Made by a program: the position numbers and the translations under genes. The notes under the pieces were generated by a model, which saw only the letters and a list, made by a program, of their open reading frames with translations, was not told the origin of the DNA and did not search any database. 63,177 nt of DNA from assembly GCA_041920275.1 (NCBI GenBank), contig JAYRSE010000008.1, forward strand, positions 1 to 63,177, in the 5' to 3' direction. This DNA is from Minisyncoccota bacterium (GTDB lineage: Bacteria > Patescibacteriota > Minisyncoccia > Phycocordibacterales > UBA12088). How positions within the stretch are numbered: the first letter of the stretch is position 1; each line of letters begins with the position of its first letter. Shown piece after piece: positions 55,067-63,177 of this stretch.

Positions 55067-55159
55067 ATTAATCCTCTATTCGGCAGGTGTGATCACGCAG
55101 TATCACGATCTCGGATGCTTCACGCGGCACGGGTGGGGTGTGTGATATAATGCGTCCAT

Positions 55160-55792
55160 ATGGCCATGTTTCGTGAGCACGTGACCGTTGGTGCACTCGT
55201 GGCAACGGTGGGGGTGGTGGCGACTTACTACTACGCGTTCTCGACCGACTGGAAGCTCCTGCTCGCGCTTTTCATCGTCACGGTCATCGCTTCCTTTCTG
55301 CCCGACCTCGACAGTGACACCAGTGTCCCGTTCTACATCGTGTTCGGACTGTTCACGCTCGCATGCGGCGGCTTGGTGCTCTTTGACACCCTCACCCGTG
55401 GTGCAGAGAGCATGTACGAGCTTGCGGGTCGACCGCTCTTTGCGATCATCTTCGTGTGGCTCATTGTGGGCGGCATCTTCAAGAAAATGACGCGGCACCG
55501 CGGTATGATGCATTCGATCCCCGCCGCGGTGAACATGGCGCTCATCGTCTATATCGGCGCCTTCTTTTGGGGTACCGACGAGTTCGAGGGCGTGCTGCTT
55601 GCGGTCGGTGCGGGGGTGGGGTACCTGGTGCACCTCATACTCGATGAGCTGTACGCGACGGTGAGCATCGACGGCAACCTCTTCGATGTGCGCGAGTCGC
55701 TCGGGTCCGCGCTCAAGCTTTTTTCATCATCTCGGTTGGCGAACATCTTTACGTACTGCGTGCTTGCAACGCTCGTGTATGTGGTCGCATAA
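55160..55792 (+). CDS. YdjM/DUF457-family membrane-bound metal-dependent hydrolase
   Basis: MFREHVTVGALV, FLPDLDSD, HRGMMHSIP and LVHLILDELY are typical YdjM-like motifs. TATAAT lies 8 nt upstream of the ATG. Confidence 0.7.
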   Translation: MAMFREHVTVGALVATVGVVATYYYAFSTDWKLLLALFIVTVIASFLPDLDSDTSVPFYIVFGLFTLACGGLVLFDTLTRGAESMYELAGRPLFAIIFVWLIVGGIFKKMTRHRGMMHSIPAAVNMALIVYIGAFFWGTDEFEGVLLAVGAGVGYLVHLILDELYATVSIDGNLFDVRESLGSALKLFSSSRLANIFTYCVLATLVYVVA

Positions 55793-55851
55793 CGCATTTG
55801 CGTGACGGGAGAAAGGTCGCTCGTGCCTGAATATAGTGGTATCATGCCGCG

Positions 55852-56538
55852 ATGCAGTGCGTGATACTTGCCGCGGGAAAGGGGACGCGTATGCGCCCGC
55901 TTACCGACACCCTCCCCAAGCCGCTCGTGCCCGTGTGCGGGGTACCGCTTTTAGAGCACATACTGCGAGCCCTCCCGGAAGAGGTGGACGAAGTGGTGCT
56001 TGTGGTGAAGTATCGCAAGGAAGCCATCCGTGCATACTGCAAAGAATGGTGTGCGGGCAGGCGCATCGTGTACGTGGAGCAAGGCGAACCCGATGGTACA
56101 GGCGGGGCGCTCATTGCGGCGCGTGGCGTGCTGCATGAGCGCTTTATGGTGCTCCTTGCGGATGATCTGCACGGAAAAGAGGGGCTTTGCGCATTGGCGA
56201 GTGAAACCTGTGCGCTGCTTGCCGCACCGGTCGAAGACCCGCGACCGTTCGGTGTGATCGTGCGTACTGATGCGGGTACGGTGGCACAGATCATCGAAAA
56301 GCCGGAATACCCGGTGTCGAACCTGGTGAACACCGGAGCGATGGTGCTCGATGCACGAATTTTCGACTATACGACTCCGGCGATCGGGGGCGAGGTCCGG
56401 CTCACGGACATGCTCACGCTCCTTGCACACCGTGTGCCTGTGCGGGTCGTCATGCAACCCGCGTGGTGTCCGGTCGGCCGGCCCGATGACATATCGCGTG
56501 CCGAGGCGTTTCTTGGGTGCGGCAAGAGCTGTGGATAA
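55852..56538 (+). CDS. sugar-1-phosphate nucleotidylyltransferase-family protein
   Basis: The N-terminal signature is ILAAGKGTRMRPLTDTLPKPLVPV, followed by EPDGTGGAL and VIEKP. Confidence 0.85.
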   Translation: MQCVILAAGKGTRMRPLTDTLPKPLVPVCGVPLLEHILRALPEEVDEVVLVVKYRKEAIRAYCKEWCAGRRIVYVEQGEPDGTGGALIAARGVLHERFMVLLADDLHGKEGLCALASETCALLAAPVEDPRPFGVIVRTDAGTVAQIIEKPEYPVSNLVNTGAMVLDARIFDYTTPAIGGEVRLTDMLTLLAHRVPVRVVMQPAWCPVGRPDDISRAEAFLGCGKSCG

Positions 56539-56682
56539 CGGTGCTTGCGGAATGAAGCGGGTGGGGTATCATGGTGGAAGAAGATGAGTGATTCCATATC
56601 ATCGTCTTCGTTCTTTGATGCTTCGGCATCACCTTCGTCGCACCGCGTATGGTGCAAAATTGTCCTAAGGACAACAATTTTC

Positions 56683-56707
56683 AAAGACCGCACCCTGTGC
56701 GGTCTTT
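56683..56707. terminator. hairpin between convergent genes
   Basis: AAAGACCGCAC-CCT-GTGCGGTCTTT forms an 11-bp stem. Confidence 0.65.
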
Positions 56708-56819
56708 ATCCCGTCCACAGGTGGTCCCATGCGCGAGATGTGGTACGGTGACGCCACGGATCGCGATCGCTGTCACACGGTGTTTCGTTACGGAGCGAGG
56801 CGCACGATCGATCGTTTGT

Positions 56820-57770
56820 TTAGCGCGGCATGAGATCGGTCAGTTCCTCTGAGCGATAGAAAAGCCCGCCCAGTGCGCCGTACGAGTAGGTGTTGTTGCC
56901 GAGGGTGATCGGAGCACCGCCGGCCGCAGGGCTCGGGTTGGGAAGCGACTTGTCGAAACCGAGATTGAAAATGGTCACGATCACCTCCGGTTCCTCGCCG
57001 ATATCGTATCCCGATCGCTTCCACTGCTCGGTCACTTCCTTGATGAAAAGCGCCGTGTACAGGTATGAGTAGTAGTGGTCCTTTTCATCGGTGAGTCGCA
57101 CGAAGAGCTCTTTCGCAGGGTCGACCCCTTCGGGGTAGGCGATACGCTCAGCCATCCCACCGCCGGGATAGAATGGAGAGTGTGGGTCGTTCGCATACAT
57201 CTCGATGCGTTCCGCCGTTTCCTGTTTGATGCCCGAGACACCGAGCGAAAATTGGGTGAGCGAACCGAGGATCTTCATCGGTTCGAACCACCGCTTGAAC
57301 ACCTCGCGGTTTGAAGTGAAAAAACGCGCCTGCTCGGGCACCACGACCGCCGCGATCATGCGCTTTTGCACGCCGGTCTCTTCCGAGACACGGGTGAGCA
57401 CCGCGTCATCTTTTGCAAGAGCGCTGCGTATCACCGCCCACTCCGGCGTTTCCACCCAGGCGCATTCGCTCTGCGCGGGGTCATTACACACACTATTCGG
57501 TACGGTAGGTACGACGGTGTTGGAAGTCGTGGCGCTTGTGGTGGTGGTCGTGATCTGCGGAGTCACCGCGGGACCTGCCGCGGCACTCGCTTCTTGCCAG
57601 GCATCAAGAAAAAAACGATTCCGCTCTTCAATGGTGCCGCGCACGTTGAGCAGATCGAAGCGCATCGCCACGAAGACCCCGGTGAATGCGAAGCCGATGA
57701 TCGCGAACATGATGATCGATAACCGAAAAGTGATACGACCGAGACGTTGAATGGTGGTGATGGTGTGCAT
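56820..57770 (-). CDS. membrane-anchored extracellular protein (hypothetical), last gene of the repeat-protein operon
   Basis: 316 aa with an N-terminal TM (LSIIMFAIIGFAFTGVFVAM), a Thr-rich linker and a globular domain. No family was recognised. Confidence 0.6.
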   Translation of the reverse strand: MHTITTIQRLGRITFRLSIIMFAIIGFAFTGVFVAMRFDLLNVRGTIEERNRFFLDAWQEASAAAGPAVTPQITTTTTSATTSNTVVPTVPNSVCNDPAQSECAWVETPEWAVIRSALAKDDAVLTRVSEETGVQKRMIAAVVVPEQARFFTSNREVFKRWFEPMKILGSLTQFSLGVSGIKQETAERIEMYANDPHSPFYPGGGMAERIAYPEGVDPAKELFVRLTDEKDHYYSYLYTALFIKEVTEQWKRSGYDIGEEPEVIVTIFNLGFDKSLPNPSPAAGGAPITLGNNTYSYGALGGLFYRSEELTDLMPR

Positions 57771-57918
57771 GTGTCGTTCGATATGGACGCCATCATATCA
57801 TATTCGATCGGATCATGTGCGGTCCGGGTCACGTAGCCGATGGTGAGCCGAGCGTTTTTGGGTGTGTACCGAAACAACGCCGGTGTGGAGGCCGGCGTTG
57901 CGGTTCGGTACGTTATGC

Positions 57919-60795
57919 TTACTTGAAGATTGAGAAGAGGGATGAGACTCGCTCACGGATGCTCGTCCAGAGTCCGCCGGTTGCGGCAAGCTGCGCCTCC
58001 GTTTCCGTGCGGACCTCTTCCTTCGCAACGACAACCTGCTCTTGTATCGCACGTTCGATCGCCTCCGTGGCGGCGACCAGCGTTTCTTCTTCCTTGATCA
58101 CCGGTGCGGCACCGATGCGCTCGAACGTCTCGTTCGGGATCGGTGCACCTTGCTCTCTCGCGGTGTTCACGACCGATTTGGTGCTTGCGATCTCACGCTC
58201 TTGTTCGGTGTCGAGAGGGAAATCCCTTCCGCACCATATCTCGTTCACTTTCTTCTGTGTCGTGTAGTACACGTAACCGGTGCTTTGTGTCATGCCCCAC
58301 GGGGTGAGCACGTCGGCCGCATACTTCCGCTGGAAGGTGTGGACCGCATCGAGCGTTTGGAGATCGAACATGCCCGTGATGGCGACGTTCGTCGCGTCCT
58401 CGCGCGATCGAAGGAACATCTGCAGCTTACTTACCTGCGTCGGGTCATTCGCCGCTTCGTAGCGCAGGTAGCCGGTGAGCAATGCGTCACAAGCAAGAGG
58501 TTCTGCCGTGGTGACCACCGCACTCGTCACGGTGACCGGGAACGATGCGACGGGAGACTCGATCGGTTTGCTTCTAAGGTCCTCTCCGGTACTCGCACTC
58601 ACAAAGGCTTTGTTGGTGTACGTGCCGGGTGTGGTGGACGAGCTGAAGAATGCGGTGTAACGCACAATAACGGTTTCATCTTTCGCTATCTTCTCCAAGC
58701 TCCAACGTTGTTCGTGGACCACGTCTCCCGCATCGTTGTAGATGGTGTCGAGGAGCAGGGTATGGTACATCGGATCGCCCGTGTTCGTGACCGTGATCGT
58801 GTATTCCACGCTCGAGCTTGCCGTTATGGAGCTTGCGCTTGCCGTTTTCACTATCGACAGGCCGTTCTTGTAGGCGGTGGTGCCGCGAAGCAATGATCCT
58901 CCTCCACCCCCTCCTCGGGTCACCACGCTTATCGTATCGGTGTTGTTGGTCGTGTCCGCGTCCGGCTCATCGCTCTCCACGGTGAAGTCGGTGTCGATCG
59001 AGGTCTCTGCGCCCACGAGCTTACTGATACATGCGGGAAGGGTGATCGTCTTACTTCCGCCTGCGGGAATGCGTCCGACATGGTATCGAAGCCGTCCTTC
59101 CGTATCTTCCACCATGCCGTCGATCTTTTGGAAGAGCGTGTTGTGTCTTCCGGTGAGATAGACATTGCGTGCCGATGCGTCGCCGAAATTGTTGAGGGTC
59201 ACCTCGTAGCTGAAGCAGGTGCCGGGACGTACCGTGGGAGGAGTGATCGCGCGCGCACCGACCCAGAGATCGGGACGGCCGAACGTGATGTTCCCGTTCC
59301 AGTCGCCGAGTATGTTGAAGATGGCGAGCACCCAGTTGCGACCGAGCACATTGGTGTTGACCACATTCACCACGTTGGCGCTCGCTTGTGCGTCACCGGT
59401 CGCAATACTCGCTTCGTCGCCGGCCTCGGCCATGTTCTCGCCCGTGAGCGCGTACACGTTGAAGCGATTACGTACCTCGGCGGTGTTGGTGTTCGTGACC
59501 GAAAGCTCGTCGAGGTCGGTGACCGGAGCACCTACGGCGTTCGGAAGTCCCTCCCAGAAGATCTCGATACCGGAAGCGGTTTCGCGCCAACTCATACCGT
59601 CGGGTAGGCCGAACACCTTGCCGTTCCAGTCGCCACTCACACGAAAGAGCAAAGAAATGGAGTCTCCGAATATGGTGGTGTTGACTCGATCCACGATGTT
59701 GGTGTTCGCCTGCGCGTCACCGGTCGACATGTCGGCCTGCGCACCGCTCGCCTCGTTGTTGCCGGAATCCGCCACCGTACTGCCGATCGTGGAAACATCC
59801 GCGGTGTTCGTAGTGTCGTATGTGACCGTGCTTCCCGCAGGGACGGTCGAGCCGCCCTTGAGGAGCTCGTAGAACCAGTCGGCACCCGGGAAGATGATAT
59901 CGCCGTTACCTCCACCAAAGCCGTTCATGGTAAGGAGGAGATAGTTGGCATTCGTGATGTTCGTGTTCACGACGTTCATGATGTTCGCACCCGCGTACGC
60001 GTCACCGGAGGTGATCCGTGCGTCACCCGTAAGTGCGCTCGCCCTGCTTGCACCGGTCGTTGCGCCTACGGTGAGATCGTTCTCGACGACCGCATTGTTG
60101 GTGTTCGTGAGCGAAAGCGACGTGTTGCCGGTGCAGGTGCCATCCTCGATCGAGCAGGTATCGCCCGTTGCAAGGGTCGGTCGGTCGCCGGTGAGTACCG
60201 CAAAGAGCGAACGCAGGTCGAATGCCACGTTACCCATGAGCATGTTCAGGAAATAGAGAAGGCCGCGTGCGTTGAAGACGTTGGTGTTCACCACGTTGAG
60301 GACGTTCGCGGTCGAAATCGCGTAACCGGTCGTGATGATCGCGTTCGTGCCGGCAACGGCAAGGTTGTCGCCGGTGCCACTGAGGACGCTCGCGTTCGTG
60401 CTTGCCGTCGCATCGTTCTCATGCGACACCACGCCTTCGGTGGCACCGGACACGGAGGTGTCGTTCGTGTTCTGTTCAGTTTCGATATCGGCGCTCGAAC
60501 TCGCGTTGCCGGTTGCGATAGTGACATCGTCTGAATTCTCGCTCGCGCCTCCCGTATGGTTCCCGACATCGGTCCCCGCAGATCCATCGGGTGTACTCTC
60601 GTCCACAATGGTCGAGGAAGATTCATCGGGGTCTTGTGTGGTCTGTTCGGGCGCGGTCGACTCCGACGTCTGCGTGGACTCTTCGGCGTAGAGGGGTGTG
60701 CCCGAGAACGCGAAAAAGCACCCGAGCACGAGCGCAAACGTAAGGTAGGCGAACGTGGTGTGTGCACTGTCAGAACGGAAAAAGTGATAAGGCAT
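57919..60795 (-). CDS. giant secreted protein: four TGDA-x-A-x-AN-VVN-VVNTN modules + two DUF11/CARDB-like Ig-type domains + peptidoglycan-binding domain
   Basis: Signal peptide (FALVLGCFFAFSGTPLYA|EE). Four modules of about 90 aa end in STANVLNVVNTNVF, AGANIMNVVNTNIT, ANTNIVDRVNTTIF and ASANVVNVVNTNVL. Then come CFSYEVTLNNFGDASARNVYL and VEYTITVTNTGD. The C-terminal LQMFLRS...ITGMFDLQTLDAVHTFQRKY resembles PG_binding_1. Confidence 0.8.
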   Translation of the reverse strand: MPYHFFRSDSAHTTFAYLTFALVLGCFFAFSGTPLYAEESTQTSESTAPEQTTQDPDESSSTIVDESTPDGSAGTDVGNHTGGASENSDDVTIATGNASSSADIETEQNTNDTSVSGATEGVVSHENDATASTNASVLSGTGDNLAVAGTNAIITTGYAISTANVLNVVNTNVFNARGLLYFLNMLMGNVAFDLRSLFAVLTGDRPTLATGDTCSIEDGTCTGNTSLSLTNTNNAVVENDLTVGATTGASRASALTGDARITSGDAYAGANIMNVVNTNITNANYLLLTMNGFGGGNGDIIFPGADWFYELLKGGSTVPAGSTVTYDTTNTADVSTIGSTVADSGNNEASGAQADMSTGDAQANTNIVDRVNTTIFGDSISLLFRVSGDWNGKVFGLPDGMSWRETASGIEIFWEGLPNAVGAPVTDLDELSVTNTNTAEVRNRFNVYALTGENMAEAGDEASIATGDAQASANVVNVVNTNVLGRNWVLAIFNILGDWNGNITFGRPDLWVGARAITPPTVRPGTCFSYEVTLNNFGDASARNVYLTGRHNTLFQKIDGMVEDTEGRLRYHVGRIPAGGSKTITLPACISKLVGAETSIDTDFTVESDEPDADTTNNTDTISVVTRGGGGGGSLLRGTTAYKNGLSIVKTASASSITASSSVEYTITVTNTGDPMYHTLLLDTIYNDAGDVVHEQRWSLEKIAKDETVIVRYTAFFSSSTTPGTYTNKAFVSASTGEDLRSKPIESPVASFPVTVTSAVVTTAEPLACDALLTGYLRYEAANDPTQVSKLQMFLRSREDATNVAITGMFDLQTLDAVHTFQRKYAADVLTPWGMTQSTGYVYYTTQKKVNEIWCGRDFPLDTEQEREIASTKSVVNTAREQGAPIPNETFERIGAAPVIKEEETLVAATEAIERAIQEQVVVAKEEVRTETEAQLAATGGLWTSIRERVSSLFSIFK

Positions 60796-61315
60796 AGGCG
60801 ATGGTTTGAGCGTGAGAGATCGTGAAGCGTGTCAAAAATAATGCTGGGCGCGGGTGCGCGAACACGGATCTTGATCCCTCTGACTCGATGATTATGTTGG
60901 TAAAAATACTTGGTGCAGTGCGTGGCACGGGATCGTCTCGCAACTGCGGTGGGGCCGGAACATATTCGGCCTCTTCATGTACACGAATCGGGATCCCATC
61001 GCGTACGGTATGCGACGATGAGGCGCCTGTTTCGATATGTACACGTGCTTCGGTGCTTGTTGCGATGTATACGGACTCTATCGAAACAGGGTCGTTCGAT
61101 GTCTCGTGGATATCAACGACCGTTTCGCCGTTCACGATGGTGGTAATGTGAACGCTCGCCGAGCCCGATGCGCCCGCTTGGGCGTCGCTCGTTTGATGAA
61201 CGGTGGCGCCTGAGATGTGTGAGCGAACGTACGCGCCGGCGTTCGCCGTGGTGTACGTTGAAGTCGAGACGAAGAGTGCCGATGACACCGCAATGAGCGG
61301 AATGGAAATGAACAT
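60770..61315 (-). CDS. small secreted protein (hypothetical)
   Basis: 181 aa from the ATG at 61315, with a signal-like N-terminus MFISIPLIAVSSALFVSTSTYT. It overlaps the next gene's start by 26 nt. Confidence 0.5.
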   Translation of the reverse strand: MFISIPLIAVSSALFVSTSTYTTANAGAYVRSHISGATVHQTSDAQAGASGSASVHITTIVNGETVVDIHETSNDPVSIESVYIATSTEARVHIETGASSSHTVRDGIPIRVHEEAEYVPAPPQLRDDPVPRTAPSIFTNIIIESEGSRSVFAHPRPALFLTRFTISHAQTIAYALSLFPF

Positions 61316-61479
61316 ACGATCGCGTTTGTGCGGATAAGTCCCTCCGTAAGGTCTCGTCGATCTCGGTCGGCTGAAGGATGATGGTCCCTCGAGCATCTCG
61401 ATGGTCCGAAAAGACCTTAGGGGAGGGGGCGACCTTAGGTCGCCACCCAACCCGGCACTACGCCGTTCCGACCCCGCGA

Positions 61480-62592
61480 CTAGCGCAGGATGCGGATCAC
61501 TGTGTGCTTCGAAGCGTCGATGATACCGACGAACGAGCGTGCCGCGCCGGTCACGACGAGCGTGTCGGTCATGGTGCTGCCACCATTCCCGCCGTTGCCG
61601 GTCGTGCTTGCTGCGGTGTTCGTTGCGGATGCGTCGCCATCAGCTGCGGCTTCGCCTTCCGCCTCGACCTCGCCCTCAGCGCCATCCTCGCCCTCAGCTT
61701 CGACTTCGACATCAGCGTCGCTGTCTGCAGCTGCGGTGACGGGAGCGGTCATGGCCATACCATTGCCGCTCGTGCCGCCCATGCTCACGCTGTCGGAGAG
61801 GACTGCGTTGTTGCCGGTGTCCGCGCCGGACATGACGAAGTTCGCGGTCTCGCTCATGTCGACGTTACCGACAAGGATCATGGTGTTCGCGGGAACGTAC
61901 TCCTTGGAGTACGACTCCCACTCGCCACCCTTCTCGGTGGAGCCTTCCTCCTTGCTCCACTCCTCCTCGACCTCACCGTCTCCCTCTGCCTCGTACTCGC
62001 TCTCCTCGTCGAGGTAGTAGCTGTCGTAGTACATGGAAGCGCTCTCGTAGTACTCGTTGTAACGATCGCAGCAGTCATCCTCGACCGTGATATCGATCTC
62101 GGTGCTGTTCACGCCACCATCGATGGAGACCTCGGAGGTCGCATCGCCCGTCATGAGAGTGGTGATGTTGGTTGCGGTACCACCGTTGCCACCGTTGCCG
62201 GTCGCGCTCGTTGCCGAGCCGGTAGCCGTAGCGTCGCCGTCAGCCCAGGCTTCGCCTTCGGCCTCGACTTCGCTGTCCTCACCATCCTCACCTTCCGCCT
62301 CGACGTTCACGTCCGCATCGCTCTCTGCAAGTGCGGTGGTCGGGCCTGCGATCGCCGCGCTACTGCCGCTGTTGCCACCGACACTTGCGCTCGAGCTCAT
62401 GACCACGTTGCCGCCGGTGTTCGCAAGCGAACCGACCATGTTGGTCGTAGCTGCCACACTGAAGTTGTTCACACCCACGAAGGTGTTGACCGCCTCCTGT
62501 GCGTTTGCCGGAGCTGCGAACAAACCGAGTGTAAGCGCGGGCAGCATTGCAAGCGCAGCCGCCTTGCCCACTACTGTGTTTGCTGTAACCAT
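61480..62592 (-). CDS. secreted, highly acidic, internally duplicated repeat protein
   Basis: Signal peptide MVTANTVVGKAAALAMLPALTLGLFAAPANA|QE. Two homologous halves each carry A[ND]TG[GN]N-V, ESDADV-VEAEGEDG..EVEAEGEA and TGNGGNGG. The central part is a CC/Tyr/Glu-rich segment (DDCCDRYNEYYESASMYYDSYYLDEESEYE). Confidence 0.7.
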   Translation of the reverse strand: MVTANTVVGKAAALAMLPALTLGLFAAPANAQEAVNTFVGVNNFSVAATTNMVGSLANTGGNVVMSSSASVGGNSGSSAAIAGPTTALAESDADVNVEAEGEDGEDSEVEAEGEAWADGDATATGSATSATGNGGNGGTATNITTLMTGDATSEVSIDGGVNSTEIDITVEDDCCDRYNEYYESASMYYDSYYLDEESEYEAEGDGEVEEEWSKEEGSTEKGGEWESYSKEYVPANTMILVGNVDMSETANFVMSGADTGNNAVLSDSVSMGGTSGNGMAMTAPVTAAADSDADVEVEAEGEDGAEGEVEAEGEAAADGDASATNTAASTTGNGGNGGSTMTDTLVVTGAARSFVGIIDASKHTVIRILR

Positions 62593-62719
62593 ACTGTAGG
62601 ATTGTAATTAATTCTTGTAATTCGCTTCCTCCGTCCCTTAAGGGTATACGGAAGAAACAAGCTATGTTTTCGCGTAACTACCTACGCGAAAGGTATCGAC
62701 CCTGTGCGGGCATATCGCC

Positions 62720-62754
62720 CACACGATACCCGGTTTCCGTGCTGGTATCGTGTG
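62720..62754. promoter_or_regulatory. 11-bp inverted repeat upstream of the repeat-protein operon
   Basis: CACACGATACC - 13 nt - GGTATCGTGTG, 130-160 bp upstream of the ATG at 62592 on the minus strand. Confidence 0.35.
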
Positions 62755-63056
62755 CGCGTATCACCGAGTTGTTGTGAAGATCGGGTGCCGTTGCGTTCGG
62801 CCGTTCGTGCGGTATGTATCGGATACAAAAAAACGCGATACCCTTTTTTAGGGCACGCGGTACACATACTGCCGTGTGCTACGACGTTCGGTCGCGGTGA
62901 TGGTTTCCTTGACGTACTGCATAGCGACGCACGCGTCGCCGGTTTCCCCTTGTGACTGAAAGTGTATGCTTTTTCGGGCGAGTGTCAAATACCACATCAT
63001 ACGGAATGTGGTGTTATGATGTACGAGGGTCTGTTGTGCCTCCCCGCACCACCCAA

Positions 63057-63176
63057 CTAGGACACCTCACTGTGGATAACGAATAATTCACTGGCCCGAT
63101 AATAGTTCAGACACTGACGAGGAATGTCGTTCAGATAGGACTCTATCGAACGAAGCTCGCCGTCAGATACCGTGGC
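63057..63176 (-). CDS. 3' end of a gene running off the window (unknown product)
   Basis: The minus frame is open to the window edge and reads ATVSDGELRSIESYLNDIPRQCLNYYRASELFVIHSEVS*. It is not in the ORF track because it has no start codon in the window. Confidence 0.3.
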   Translation of the reverse strand, partial: ATVSDGELRSIESYLNDIPRQCLNYYRASELFVIHSEVS

Positions 63177-63177
63177 A

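Noticed and set aside
61378-62607. 409-aa plus-strand ORF overlapping the acidic repeat protein gene.
   Set aside because: It is the mirror of the repeat-rich minus-strand gene. It has no signal peptide and low-complexity A/V/G/R composition. The minus frame has a clean signal peptide and operon context.
1-63177. Alternative genetic code (UGA recoding, as in some candidate phyla), rRNA genes, and integrase/transposase/phage structural genes.
   Set aside because: Conserved genes end at TGA/TAA/TAG where the families end (for example ruvX, pilM, rplK). No 16S/23S/5S-like sequence was seen. No recombinase or transposase motif was seen in any listed frame, so mobility claims are limited to att-like scars.

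Overview
This is a GC-rich bacterial chromosomal window using the standard genetic code; conserved genes end at ordinary stop codons. I support about 55 protein genes, 5 tRNAs and several remnants. I found no rRNA, CRISPR array, integrase or transposase in any frame. Gene content suggests an uncultivated, possibly Patescibacteria/CPR-like organism (small DUF5652-like membrane protein, L19 with an acidic tail, pilMNO, many giant secreted proteins), but that is inference only.

Layout:
- 0.3-19 kb: housekeeping genes (ruvX, tRNA-binding protein, DedA, pilM/N/O-like, acyP, uppS, polyprenyl synthase, RluA-type synthase, rplS, secE-nusG-rplK). These are interleaved with tRNA genes that carry att-like 3'-end duplications, an AT-richer orphan islet between tRNA-Arg and tRNA-Val (includes an atypical protein kinase), and a DsbA / TlpA-like / CcdA thiol-redox module.
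- 19-35 kb: envelope and surface proteins, namely a 796-aa surface protein, a 2165-aa thioester alpha-2-macroglobulin, PBP1C and a subtilase.
- 35.5-47.8 kb: a glycan biosynthesis/export cluster rich in domain fusions.
- 48.3-53.6 kb: the best candidate for an undescribed system. It is a TasA/camelysin-like plus SipW-type signal peptidase locus with three paralogous SipW-signal proteins, each fused to a different C-terminal module.
- 56.8-62.6 kb: an operon of secreted repeat proteins that shares a G-x-N-rich repeat module with the third TasA-locus protein.

All start codons, coordinates and fold assignments were made by eye from the sequence and ORF track. No searches were run.
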